Origin: Eledone cirrhosa
Lineage: Eukaryota
Reading direction: 5' to 3'
DNA length: 64,000 nt
Assembly: GCA_964016885.1 (NCBI GenBank)
Contig: OZ024757.1
Location: forward strand, 14,322,001-14,386,000
Under the pieces are notes generated by a model that was not told the DNA's origin, did not search any database, and saw only the letters and a list, made by a program, of their open reading frames with translations. The position numbers were made by a program, and so were the translations under genes. Positions within the stretch are counted from its first letter, which is position 1. Each line of letters begins with the position of its first letter. Of this stretch, positions 24,419 through 38,083 are shown one piece after another.

Positions 24419-24649
24419 ATGTGGTATATTATGGAGACAGTTCAACGATCGTATGAAATGTCTGAAAGGTTGATAAGGGCTATAAGTAACTGGAGCTTGG
24501 TGGACCAACCTTTTGATGATGATATTGAGGACCTGATCAATAATGGAGCGGATGTGAACCAACCCCATGGCTCATTGCTACCCCTGCACTGTACATGCAT
24601 GGTTAGTGATGCTAAATGTCTGCAACTTTTACTACAGAACGGGGCCAGG
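24419..24649 (+). CDS. ASB8: Ankyrin repeat and SOCS box protein 8, first coding exon (77 codons)
   Basis: MWYIMETVQRSYEMSERLIRAI...GADVN..HG.L.PLHC.CMVSDA.C matches the ASB8 N-terminus as I recall it; acceptor tttcag at 24414, donor AGG|GTAAGT in phase 0. Confidence 0.9.
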
Positions 24650-25089
24650 GTAAGTACAATTGAAGAAACAGAACATTTTGGGGGTTTAGGGATTTGAAAA
24701 AAGAAATTGTTTCCCTTTATAAGATGTGACAGTGTTTATTAATGGTGGTGGGGGTGGTGGTGGTGGTGTGTGGTGAAGAATATAGCTTCCCAATCACATG
24801 GTTTGGGGTTTGAGCCCACTGTATGACACCTTAGCTAAGTGACTTTTATATGAGATTCACCCAAGATCTGGGAATGAAATTTTCATGGCAAAACTGGATG
24901 GAAGATTCTGAGATATTTGTGTATATGTATATACATACATATATACAAAGACATAGATATAACAAAGAAAGTGTGATAAGGAACCAGGTGGACCTTAGGG
25001 TAGTAGAGTGGGTAATAGGAAAAGAGTCAGGACCTCGACGGCTGAGCTCCGGACTGATTGGATCTAGCTGTCGGGGTCCTGACTCTTTT

Positions 25090-25135
<46 letters not shown>

Positions 25136-25138
<3 letters not shown>

Positions 25139-26418
25139 GGTGCGGATGATATTTGTTCGCAATTTTCAACTGCTAATTTTATGCAAATTTTTTTTACTTC
25201 CGTTGTCACTCTTGTCTTCATAAAAACAGTGACTATATTTCCATTATTTATTTTCAGAATAATTGATTATGAATAATTTTGAACCTCCAAATTTGTGGAA
25301 GAGACACAGAGTTCTTCTTGGAATCTGCGCCGGGAGGACAAATAAGGAAATTTCAGACTTTCTCAGCGTCAGCAGGAGTATGGTGGAAAAGGTCAGAAAG
25401 GAATTGGAAGATTCAGGATTCGGCTATGAAGCAACATCAGAGAGGAAAACACATGATCGACGATCTGACGCCTTCAGAACGCCCGAGTTTGTTGCTGAAG
25501 TTCAGGATATCATCAACAATGAACCTAGTAAGTCGATGCGTGCCATTGCAAGGATGAAAAGCTCATTAGGCTGGTGGTACATGAAGACATTCGCTACGTT
25601 TCATACAAGATGAGGAAAGGACAATTTCTGTCAAAGGCGATGCAAGAAAAGCGACTGAAGCACGCAAAGAAGCTGATCAACAAGTTGAAACACCCACTGG
25701 AGCCAGACATGCTGTGGTTTTTCTCCGACGAGAAAAACTTCTGCCAAGACCAGAAGATCAACTCCCAGAACAACAGGTGGCTTGCTGTCTCATCCAAAGA
25801 CGTGCCCAGAGTCATGTAGACAAAGTTTCCAGCGACAACATTGATCTTGGGTGTCGTCAGCAGTCAAGGTGACGTCATGCCACCTCACTTCTTCTCTGAG
25901 GGCCTCAAGCTGAACACTGATGGCTACATCCGCATTCTGAGCGAGCTAGTAAAGCCCTGGATCGACCAGGTAGTTGCAGGTAGGCCATACGTGTGGCAGC
26001 AAGACTCAGCGCCCTGCCAATCCAGCCGAAAGACCCAAGCCTGGCTGTCAGAGAACTTCGTCGACCACACTTCACCTGACATTTGGCCTCCCAGCTCGTC
26101 TGACTGCAACCCCCTCGACTTCTTTGTGTGGGGTGCAGTGGAACAAGACACCAACAGATCTAGCTGCAATACGAAAGATGATCTGAAGGCCAGGATCACA
26201 AGTGCCTTTAGGGGCCTAAGTCGGGGGACAGTGATGAAGGCCTGTAGCCGGTTCCGAGTCCGTCATCAAAGCCAATGGTGGGTTTATCGAGTGAGATCGA
26301 AAGAATAAGTCATGAAGACAAACTGACCCAACTTTGATAAATAAATCTTAAAAAATAAAACTACTGTGTCATTTTTTCCTAGACAGTAATCTTGCGAACA
26401 AATATCGTCCGCATCCTG
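25136..26418 (+). mobile_element. DD37D (maT-type) Tc1/mariner transposon, inactivated, in the ASB8 intron
   Basis: TIRs cagggtgcggatgatatttgttcgcaa / ttgcgaacaaatatcgtccgcatcctg with TA flanks; FSDEK, QQDSAP, then 37 residues to NPLD; frameshift and in-frame stop. Confidence 0.92.
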
Positions 26419-28049
26419 TATATATGTATATATATATATATATATATGTATGTATAAATAAATGTAGAGGTTTACTTTGGTTATGGTTGACCATAGGTTT
26501 GCTCATGCAAAGTTCCTCTCCATTAAGTAGCAGGACTGATATGATCTGCTTTAATCATCTCTCTGAAAATGGCCACATGGGTAGTCAAAATCAGTTTCTG
26601 ATACATTTGTATACACACTCATGCAATCATGGGCACACGTTTATGTTTCTGAATATGTATCTAGACACATCTACACGTGAAGGAGCATGGCTTAGTGGTT
26701 AGAGCATTGGGCTTGCAATCGAAAGGTTGTGAGTTCAATTCTCGGACCGGGTGATGTGTTGTTTCCTTGAGCAAGATACTTTATTTCATGTTGCTCCAGT
26801 TTACTCAGCTGTAGAAATGAGATGATAGGACTGGGGATCCCTATCATTAAATCACCCAAGACACCTCCAACGAGATATACCTTGGAGGAGACCAGCTAAA
26901 CCTGTACAGGTGTGAGCTGTAACATACATATATACATACATCTACACACATTGTAGGTAGGTATATATAATGTAAAATTCTTACCTCAGATATTTATCCT
27001 CGAATTTATAGTTTATATAAGCTTCATCATAAAATCCACCCAGTACACACTGTTAAGTGTTTGGTATAAGAAGGGCATCCAGCTGTAGAAAATATGCTCA
27101 AAACTAGAACATATATAAGCATGAAGTGGTCCCCAGCCTGTCTAGGAGGACACTAATTCTGATTAAGAGTTGACTTGAACTCTGAGTTCTTCAGTTCATT
27201 ACCAACGTGGTGGAGAATCAGACGCGTAATGATGGTGATGACGACATATACTCATATCGACTGTCCTTGTCCAACCCATGGTTCAAAATCAGATGTAAAA
27301 TAGCGATGATGAGACATACCTATGTAATTTTCTCCACTGACCCATGCCAGCATGATGATGGAAAATATAATAATGAAGACGATGATAATGACATTTTGTA
27401 CACTTACATGACAATGATGAAACCAAGTGAATTTTGCTCTGTACTATCCCTTTTTTAAGGCCTCTTCTGTTGTATAACAGCACTCTTTGAAGGTGTGTTT
27501 AACCCTTTAGCATTTACATTATTCTATATTTACTATTGTATTTTCACAGTAAAAGCTTTATCTCACATAATATCAAATCTATGAGATTTCGATATTATTT
27601 ATTTTGCACAATATCTCAACATCAGTATGAGCAGCCGATTTGAAGAGAAAGAGGTGAGAGAAAGCAAACTTTCAAGATGTGTTTAACAGAGCACACTTCA
27701 AAAGCTAATTCTGCTCTATTTAATTCCTGTATCAGAAAATACTTTTGAAGGCCTCTTCTGATGTAAATCACAGAGCATTCTTTGAAGGCCCCTTCTGGTG
27801 TAAATAACAGAGCTTTCTTCAAAGGCCCCTTCTCATATGAATAACAGCCCTCTACCTTCAGCTTTGTTTAATAGAGCACTCTAATCAGAGCCCTTCTGTG
27901 TATAACTGCAGCGTTGTTAGGCCCCCTGCTCCTGGTCTATAGCAGTGCACCCTTTTTATATGCACACATACATGTTGGCTATCCTCAATCTGTTGCAACA
28001 TTTAGTGCAAGCCATATATTTATATATTCCTGTTTTTTTTTCTTTTCAG

Positions 28050-28682
28050 GTCAACGACTTGGATGGTTACCTGCGGACGGCGCTGCATTATGCAGCAGAG
28101 AAAGATGAGCATTGCATACTGATATTACTGCAGCACGGTGCAAATATAAATGCACGAGACGGTAGCGGCAATACCCCGCTGCACTTGGCGGCGGATAAGA
28201 ATAAGAGTGAATGTGTGCAGGTATTGCTGCAGCAGGGAGCTGACCCAGATGTCCGCAATGACAATAGCGACACACCCCTCAGCTGGGCAGCACTGAAGGG
28301 GAACCTCAAAATCATCAAGCTACTTCTTGAGTACAATGCCGATCTGTGCAACAAGAACACGAGGGGCTACACACCTTTAATGCAGGCTGCCTATGTGCAG
28401 GGCAAAGGTTTGAACTGTTTAGACGACACGAGTCTTGATTTGTTAGTCAAAGCTTCCGGTCCTTTAGGAGTACACAGTAAATGTGTAGACTTGATCGCAG
28501 AACTTTGTCAAGACAGCAAGACCAAGAAGTTGTTGTTATCGCTATGTAGGAACCCGTGTGCGCTACAAAACCTTTGCTGCCTGGTCATACGTAAAGCCCT
28601 GGGTTACTGCTATCTACCTGATGTCATACCTAAACTACCCCTTCCTCTTCAATTACAAAAATTGCTCATGTTGCAAACTTAG
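28050..28682 (+). CDS. ASB8: ASB8 second coding exon (ankyrin repeats plus SOCS box); spliced protein 287 aa
   Basis: ttttcag|GTC phase 0; LDGYLRTALHYAAEKDE, TPLHLAA, TPLSWAALKGNL, SOCS box LQNLCCLVIRKALG...LPLPLQLQKLL; AATAAA at 29066. Confidence 0.92.
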   Translation, partial: VNDLDGYLRTALHYAAEKDEHCILILLQHGANINARDGSGNTPLHLAADKNKSECVQVLLQQGADPDVRNDNSDTPLSWAALKGNLKIIKLLLEYNADLCNKNTRGYTPLMQAAYVQGKGLNCLDDTSLDLLVKASGPLGVHSKCVDLIAELCQDSKTKKLLLSLCRNPCALQNLCCLVIRKALGYCYLPDVIPKLPLPLQLQKLLMLQT

Positions 28683-29289
28683 ATACAATACGTTTAAGTA
28701 AAAGAGCTTTGCAATTCTTTTCAAAGTGATTGAACAAAAGACATGAGTGTGTTTGATGTTGGCGTGTATGTGTGTGAGTGGATGGGTATTGATATGTATG
28801 GGGGTGTTTGTGTATGACAAAGTGATTCTATTAATCTTATCTCCCCTTCTCTGCTACTCTCTTTTGCACCCCTATTTTTCTCCCGCCTCTCACCCATATC
28901 ACACCTTCCCCCTCACTCTTCTCTCTTACCCCTATTACATCTCTTCACTCTTAGCTGTTCTCTCTCTCTCTCTCATCTCTCCATCTCTCTCACACCTCCT
29001 CCTTCTTATCTGCCCCCTCTGCTCTATCCCTTTACCTATTTCCATTTATCTTACATTTCTTGATCAATAAAACTGAAATGTTTTGATTTAGACCAAGCTA
29101 CACCGTCCCACACCATGCCAGCATTTCTTCATCACACAGACCCTTAAGGATCAACTATAGATCCCTTCCAAGCCCTTGTCTAACTCCATCTATAAGTTGC
29201 TACAAACATCACCCCATGAAAGCAACTGCCATTAAAGTGAAGGGACCAACATGGTGTTTGCTTTTTGGTTTGGGGAAATGAGTTGTTCT

Positions 29290-29830
29290 AAGGCCCCTCC
29301 AGTTCTGTACAACAGAGCACTCTTTTGAAGGCCCCTCCTGTTCTGTACAACAGAGCACTCTTTTGAAGGCCCCTCCTGTTCTGTACAACAGAACAGTCTT
29401 TTGAAGGCCCCCTCCTGTCAAATCGTAATTCTGCTCTGTATAATTCTTTTAAGGCCTCTTCTGCTGTGTATCAGGGTACTCTTTGAAGATCTGTATAACA
29501 GAGCACAATTGAAAGTCCAAATCTGTTATGTATCATTCTTTTTCTAAAGATTCCTTCTGGTCTGCATAAAAGAGCACTCTTTTGTAGGCACCCTTCTGAT
29601 CTGTATAAAAGAGCACTCTTTGAAGATGTGTATAAGACTACCTTTAAAGGTATCTCTTGCTCTTTATAATTCTTTTTCTAAGGCCTCTTCTACTCTATAA
29701 CGGAGGCCCCTTTTCTTCTGTAAAATAGAGCATCTTTCCAGGCCTCTTCTCCTGTGTATAATAGCACTGTTCTAAGGCCCCCCTACTCTAGGTATATAAC
29801 AGAGCACTCAGAGCCTACCCAGCTCTTTGT
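29290..29830. repeat. Degenerate ~37-bp minisatellite (related array at 27455-27910)
   Basis: Unit ctgtacaacagagcactcttttgaaggcccct. Confidence 0.75.
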
Positions 29831-30915
29831 TCTCTATAACAAAGCATGTATGTTTAGTGATTCATTTACTTTCAAAAATCCATTGCAACAAATGTAATTC
29901 TGGCTTTGAAAAATAAAATAAAAATCAACGTATAGATTTATTTTACTTCAGCCAAACAAGAGTCGAGAGAATTCTTCAACAGTGTCACATACATGACAAC
30001 TTCCTTAATGTTGGTGATTTACATGATAAACACACTCAGTAAAGTTGTTGGTGATAGGAAGGACATCCAGCTATAGAAAAGCTGCCAAACAAAGGGTTGG
30101 AAGGATTCATCAGCTATGTCAAAGACATATAACTTCCCTGGTGCTGGTGTTACGATATGCACTCGGTATAGCGCGGTGTCATGAGTGAGTTATGAGCTTC
30201 CAGCTCATCTGTGCACTAGGTAGGGTGCAGCAACATGTGTAGGCTCCCAGCCCACCATGAGCTCATTAGCTCAGTACCTCTGCTTTGAGTACCAACCAGG
30301 TCTGCTGACCCATGCTAGCAGGGAAAGCATACATAAAACCATATTTATGATGATGATAGTGAAGCCTCCAACAGGTCCGTCAGAAGCAACTGTCTCCAGC
30401 TGGATCCCTAAGCAAGACCAACCAAACTCATGGATGTTATCCAACCATCTTGCTCGGGGTCTACCAGTTGGTTTTGCCCATAAAGTCTGTCCAGTGATTC
30501 TTTCTTGAGACATTCTAGCCACATGCCCATAGTATCGAATATATTTTCAAATCTTAAAATTTCTCAATGTTTCATTAGTCAATCAATTTTGTTTAGTAAA
30601 AGTTTCATAAGAAGGGAAGGTACCTACCTTCGCATCTCCACTTGTTTCCACACTGAATCTCCCCGAGTGATGCTCATCTGGCTAGAAAACATAGCAAAAC
30701 TCACACACTTATTCACAATAGTCACAAGCGTCTGTACTCTACCTCCACTGCCCACAGACACGGTCCGCCATTCCTATGTAATGTTACTGGCTCTAGTCAC
30801 TTCCAACTCCGTGGCCCCATAAAAAGTATATTTATCTGAAGGATTCTAGCTGTTGCTCCAGGAAGGGAGGTGGGAATGTAGCAGTGTGATCATCATCAGC
30901 AGCATCATTGTTTAA

Positions 30916-31126
30916 CCCTTTAGCACTTAAATCAGCCAGAATTCTCTCACCTCTTTCTGTTCAAACCAGCTGTAACCAGCCACTCATACTGACGTTAAGG
31001 TATTGTTCTCAAAATAAATAGTATCAAAATCTCATAGATTCGATATTATGTGAGATATTTATGTGAGGTAAAGCCTTTACCATTAAATTATAATAGTTAA
31101 TCTAGAGTAATGTAAATGGTAAAGGG
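30916..31126. mobile_element. piggyBac-like MITE (other copies ~5250-5418, 27500-27665, 33158-33664, 36531-36925, 49889-50108, 57489-57667)
   Basis: TTAA|CCCTTTA...TAAAGGG|TTAA termini and a shared internal body. Confidence 0.8.
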
Positions 31127-31522
31127 TTAATGTCTATTTTCCATGCTTGCAGGGGTTAGATAAATTGTAATGTTGTAAGGCTTGACAAGTCGGGTGACCA
31201 TGTCGTCTTCCTACATTCTGACTTGGTTCTCTACAGCTTCATGCCCTTCCTAAAGCCAACAATTTCACAGCATGTACAAGTGGCTGAGTATTCCACAGGC
31301 ACGTGTAACCTTAATATAGTTCGCAGGGAGATTCAGCAGCACGACATGGTATATGACAAGACTGCGCCTTTGAATTAGAGGTACGATTCATTTTTAACAG
31401 CTGAGTAGATTGGAGCAATGTGAAATAAAATGTCTTACTTGATGATAAAACATGCCAGCAGCCTCAATTGAGCAAGCCTATGAATGAAAACATTCCTGTC
31501 ATGACCATCTCATTTTTTTAGT

Positions 31523-32005
31523 ACTGGGTACGAAAGGCCGGTTATATGATGCCTGTGTGAGGAGCGCGATGTTGCATGGTAGTGAGACATGGGCAGCAAC
31601 TGCATAGAATATGCGACGGCTGGAGAGAAATGAGGCAAGCATGCTCCGTTGGATGTGCAATGTCAATGTACGTGAACGACCCAGCATGAATGTGTTGAGA
31701 GAGAAACTGTGTCTGAGAGGGATAGAATGTAGTGTACGAGAGAGGAGACTGAGGTGGTATGGACATGTGATGTGCATGGAGGATGACCAATGGGTGAAGA
31801 AGTGCCAAGAAATGCCAGTTGAAGGAAGACGTGGTAGAGGTAAACCACAAAAAACATGGGCGGAGGTGGTGAGAGCAGACCTCAGATCGCTGAAGCTCAC
31901 GGTGGAGATGACGAAGGACCGTGACAAGTGGAGAGATGCTGTGCTGAATAAGACCCATCCCACCCTTGCAAGCAGGGAAAAGCGGTCGTAAAATCATGAT
32001 GATGA
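31523..32005 (+). mobile_element. RTE LINE 3' fragment
   Basis: KGRLYDAC...LHGSETW...RRLRWYGHV...GRGKPQKTW, (gat)n tail; very similar to 60805-61410. Confidence 0.9.
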
Positions 32006-32379
32006 TCAGTTCTTCCTCTCTATCTTTTTCTCCCTCTTTACCACCCACTACCTTTCTTTACTCAGGAAGGACTTACCCATATCCAGACATTGAGAGGAGA
32101 TGGGCATCAGGTTAGCAGGTATGAAACTCATGATGTTTTATGATTGTGAGCTAAACACACTAACCACTGAGCTACGTGGTATGACTAACAGTGTGATATA
32201 GATATAGAAAGACGAGAAAACAACAATATAATGGTACATACATTTACTGAAAATCCATACAAATCAATAGATATGACATGGTAATGCTGCAGACACACAG
32301 TTGTATACATACACACACACAACTATACATGTGTATGTATGTATATACACACACACACAACTATACATGAGTATGTATG

Positions 32380-32420
<41 letters not shown>

Positions 32421-32584
32421 TCACACAACTGTACATGTGTATATATGTATATATACGCACACAACTATACATGTGTGTATATATATATATATACACACAT
32501 AACTATACATGTGTATGTATAGTTATACACACACACAACTATACATGTGTATATATATATATATATACACACACACAACTATAC

Positions 32585-32627
<43 letters not shown>

Positions 32628-32839
32628 ACTATACATGTGTATATATATATATATATATACACACACACCTATACATGTGTATGTATGTATATACACACAC
32701 TCAACTATACACTAGTGTGTGTAGGTATGCATATATATATACACACAGCTATACACTCATGTGTATGTGTATATATATGTATACACACATAACTATACAC
32801 TTGTGTTTTTATGTATATATATATATGAGTGTGCGTGTC

Positions 32840-32871
<32 letters not shown>

Positions 32872-32899
32872 CATACTCACACACAACTTTACATGTGCC

Positions 32900-32948
<49 letters not shown>

Positions 32949-34094
32949 CTTTCCCTCTCTCCCCAGTTCAATGTCAACTTTCTTAAATGAGATCTATATA
33001 AGATCTTTAAAAAAATTAAAGAAAAATATTAATTTAAAAAAAAAACATGGTTGACAAAATATAGAAGGAAAAAAAATAATAATAATCAGTTGTCTGAAAT
33101 ATTTAAATCAATCAATAAATCGATAAATTCAATAAATTTCTGTAGGTCAACTCTTAACCCTTTAGCATTTAAACTGGCTATATCCAACTAGAATTCTGTC
33201 ACCCGTTTCTGTTTAAACCAGCTGTAACCATCCGATTCTTATGTTGAATTTAAGGTATTGTTCTCAAAATAAATATCAAAATCTCATAGATTTGATATTA
33301 TGTGGGATAGTTATGTGAGATAAAGCCTTTACTGTGAAAATACAATAGTATATATAGTAAATGGTAATGGTTAAGGTATTTTTCTCAAAATAAATAATAC
33401 CAAAATCTCATAGATTCGATATTATGTGTGGTAAAGCCTTTACCACAAAAAAATACAATAGTAAATATAGCATTTAAACTGGCCAGAATTCTCTCACCTC
33501 TTTCTATTCAAACCGGCCATTCATACTGATGTTAGAGTATTGTTCTCAAAATAAATAATATCCAAATCTCAGAGATTCGATATTATGTGAGAGAATTATG
33601 TAAGGTAAAGCCTTTACTATGAAAAATACAATAGTAAATATAGAGTAATGTAAATGCTAAAGGGTTTAGTGAGCCGAACAACGTAAAGTGGTGTTGAGAA
33701 AAAAAAATAAAGAGAGCTGGGTTTTGAAGAAAAGGATGAATTTCAAGTAAAGATTTGTTTTTATGAGGTTTACATATGTCTGTGTGGTTGGTGGGAAGAT
33801 TTATTGTGCCTTTTTCATCCCACTTATTTTTATTATTATTATTATAATATTTTTCGTTTGTTTGTTTTTAAACCTTCAAACACCAACTTGCTCAAAAACC
33901 GGTTTTTATTAAAATGTTCAAATTTAAATGCAAATCTTGGGCTGAAATATTTTCATTACTACATGGTAGGTAATATTACATTTCAGTAATTAAATATTGT
34001 CTTTTATTATTAAGTTGAAAGTTAGTTCACTAAAAACCTCTTTTAACGATTGATTATTTTTATAATTAAAACACAAAGGCAGTCAGTGTGTGTA

Positions 34095-34135
<41 letters not shown>

Positions 34136-34833
34136 CAGGGTGTCCCCCAAAAATATATACACACTTTAATTACCTATACAGGCAATATTTATTAGAATGC
34201 ACAGCCTTTCTCAAAAGTAAAATGATCTACAGACATAATTCAATTTTATGTAAAAACCCTAAAATGTTTACATAATTTAAATAATTGTTTCTACTTTTGG
34301 CACAAGGCCAGCAATTACCCAGTACATTACTGGTACTTTATTTTATCGACCCCGTAAGGATGAAAGGCAAAGTTAACCTCGGCGGGATTTGAACACATAA
34401 TTTAAATAATGCATATAAAACAGAATTTATTTTAACACGTATTTCTTTTTTTTGCTGTTGAAGTATGTATACCTTTTTGGGGACACCCTGCATATATATA
34501 TATATATATATATACAAATAATGAATCAAAACATATCAAATATTTTGCTAGTTCAATAGACATTATCTAGAGCCATAATAAACAAAATGAAAAAGATATA
34601 TGTATATATATATATAGAGAGAGATAAAGAGCCACATATCATATAAGAAATATAAGTATATTGTATATATACCAAATATATATTCCATAGAAGAATATGT
34701 ACATAAGTGGAATCATAAGAGAGACCTCATAGCACTATTTCTTATCCTGGAGAGTGTAGCTTATGATATATAGCTCTTTCTCTCTCTCTCTCTATATATA
34801 TACATATATCTTTTTCAATTGGTTTATATATAT

Positions 34834-34920
<87 letters not shown>

Positions 34921-34929
<9 letters not shown>

Positions 34930-35253
34930 AGAACAAAAGATGGTTAAAAGAGTTCCATGTATTTTATTATGCGCATTTCAAAAACAAACATCATCATGCA
35001 ATAATATTTGTGTTTTCATCAGATAAAACAGGAAGACATGATATGAAGGTTAAAAAACACTTGTGGATAGTTCAGTTTTAAATCAACATCTAAATCAACT
35101 GAACTATCCACAAGTGTTTTTTAACCTTCATATCATGTCTTCCTGTTTTATCTGATGAAAATACAAATATTATTGCATGATGATGTTTGTTTTTGAAATG
35201 CGCATAATAAAATACATGGAACTCTTTTAACCATCTTTTGTTCTTATATATTA
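34921..35253. repeat. Fold-back insert (~157-bp arms) in a (TA)n tract
   Basis: Arms ~34921-35077 and 35097-35253 are near-perfect reverse complements. Confidence 0.9.
35145..35213 (+). ncRNA. Minimal type I hammerhead ribozyme (mirror copy on - strand in the left arm)
   Basis: Stem I gttttat/ataaaat; CUGAUGA 35152-35158; ~16-bp stem II; GAAA 35195-35198; palindromic UGCGCA; AUA cleavage triplet ending 35206. Confidence 0.75.
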
Positions 35254-35861
35254 TGTATACTCCAGTCCTACAAACTGTAGAGTGCTTCTTATCCGATATC
35301 TGCATTGCTTTATTGTACTACAATAAAACTCACCTCCTACATTATATATATATATATATATTGTTAGAAATATGGTAATGAAAACAAATTAAATCCATTT
35401 TCCACAGAACTAAGATAAGGTGAACTAGAAATAACCCAAAAAACAAGCAATCCAGCTATTATTGTCCATCGGAATCAGGAAATATTATTGACAGTGTAGG
35501 AGGAATTAGGCAAGACTGCTTGCTATAAGAAATAATATCAAGGAAGAAAAATAAAATAACCTACATGAAAGCAGAAACAACCATTGTCACTGGAAGCTTT
35601 CTGTTCAAAGGAAATATTTCTTTTGAAATGTTTTGGTCAGTTTAACATGTTTTTTTTGTTGTTGTTTTACTTTCTTTTGTGTGTGTGTGTCTTGTTTTGT
35701 TTCTTTTTCTTCTTCATTCTTTCATAAAAACTTTACAGTTTGTACCATGTACCGCCATCTCTCCCAGACCCATCAGTTATATACATATATATATATATAT
35801 GTGTGTGTATGTATATATATGGGTATATATATATATATATGTGTGTATGTATATATATGGG

Positions 35862-35894
<33 letters not shown>

Positions 35895-36210
35895 GTATAT
35901 GTATATATATATGTGTATATATATATATACACATATAAATATACACATATATATACCCATATATATATACACATAAAAAAATATAAATATATATACATAT
36001 GTATGTGTGCATGTATATATATATATGTATGCGTATATATACACACACATATATATGTGTGTGTATGTATATATATGGGTATATATATATGTATATATAT
36101 GTGTATATATATATATACACATACATATACACATATATATATACCCATATATATATACACATATGTATGTATGTGTGCATGTATATATATATATGTATGC
36201 GTATATATAT

Positions 36211-36258
<48 letters not shown>

Positions 36259-37804
36259 TCATATGTTTATCCATCCATCCGTCCAATGTAAAACATTTGC
36301 TGTGATTTATGAGATGAAATATATCAAAATTTAAAACAATACAATATAGATAAAGTTATTAATAACAGTAATAATAATAATAATAATGATAATAGTAATA
36401 ATAGATACATTTAACACCCAAGATTTGAGGAAATGTTTTCACCAGGAAATTTAATTTTACTTAAGCAAATTCGTTTATATATATTGAATTCTTACAAAAA
36501 AATTAAAAATAAAAATTCAAAAAAAATTAACCCCTTAGCATTTAAATTGTCCGTTTCCAGCCAGAATTCTCTCACTTCTTTCTGTTCAAACCGGCCATAA
36601 CTGGCTGCTTATACTGATCTTAAGGTATTGTTCTTAACATAAATAATATCAAAATCTCATAGATTCGATATTATGTGAGGTAAAGCCTTTAGTGTGAAAA
36701 TACAATAGTAAATATAAAGTAATGTAAATGTTAAAGGGTTAAACTGGCTATATCTGGCCAGAATTCTCTCACCTCTTTTTGTTCAAACTGGCTGTTCATA
36801 CTTATGTTAAGGTATTGTTCTCAAAATAAAAAATATCAAAATCTCATAGATTCGATATTATGTGAGGTAAAGCCTTTAGTGTGAAAATATAATAGTAAAT
36901 ATAAAGTAATGTAAATGCTAAAGGGTTAAAATTTATAGGATTTTGTCAACAGGAAAATATAACTTATTGTAAATACAATTAGTAAATAAATGTTATTTAT
37001 AAGTAAAACAAAACAAAAAAAAGGAAATACCCCATCGCTCTAAATCTTATAGTATGTCAATTAAAAAAATATGAGGTCTGGTCACAGTAACAGTGATGCC
37101 TTTGAATTGGCATAAACCCTCAGTATATTACTGGTATTTTTTTTAATGAGAGCCAATTGGATGAAAGGCCAAGTAAAAAAACAAAGACAAACTAAAACCT
37201 GATGGGAATTGAACCCACAAAGCCATATATGGGCATACTTTGGAGTTCTCTTTGGAGTATAGGTAGTAGTAGTAGTAGTAGTAATATAGGTAGTAGTAGT
37301 AGTATAGGTAGTAGTGGTGGTGGTAGTAGTAGTAGCAATAGTATAAGTGGTGGTAGTAGTGGTAGTTGTAGTATAGGTAGTATTAGTAGTATTAGTAAAC
37401 ACCAGTACCTGACTCATTCTTTATTTTATTAACCCTGAAAAGATAAAAGACAAAAATTGACCTCTGCAGGATTTGAACACAAAATGTAAAGGGCTGCAAC
37501 TAAACACCCCAACCTATTTCGTCCAATACTCTTAAGCCAATTCACCACCCTTAATAACAACTGTTTCTGATTTAGGCACAAGGCCAGCAATTTGGGGGGG
37601 GGGGGGAGTCGATTAAATCGACCTCAGTGCATTACTGGTACTTTATTTTATCGAGCCTGTAAGGATGAAAGGCAAAGCTAACCTTGGTGGGATTTGAACT
37701 CAGAACGTAAAGTGCAGTAAAGCATGGTACTCGATGCTCTACCGATTCTGCTAGACCTCCACAGAAAGAACTGGAACAAATGCTGTTAAGCAATTGTCCG
37801 ATTC

Positions 37805-38083
37805 AATAACAACTATGCCAATCCATACCCCTAATAACAACTATGCCAATCCATACCCCTAATAACAACTATGCCAATCCATACCCCTAATAACAACTAT
37901 GCCAATCCATACCCTAATAACAACTATGCCAATCCATACCCCTAATAACAACTATGCCAATCCATACCCTAATAACAACTATGCCAATCCATACCCCTAA
38001 TAACAACTATGCCAATCCATACCCCTAATAACAACTATGCCAATCCATACCCCTAATAACAACTATGCCAATCCATACCCCTA
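37805..38083. repeat. 27-28 bp minisatellite, ~10 copies
   Basis: Unit taataacaactatgccaatccatacccc. Confidence 0.95.

Noticed and set aside
27945-28049. N-terminal part of the 245-aa ORF as ASB8 coding sequence
   Set aside because: Intronic read-through upstream of the clear acceptor at 28049; ASB8 similarity starts at 28050.
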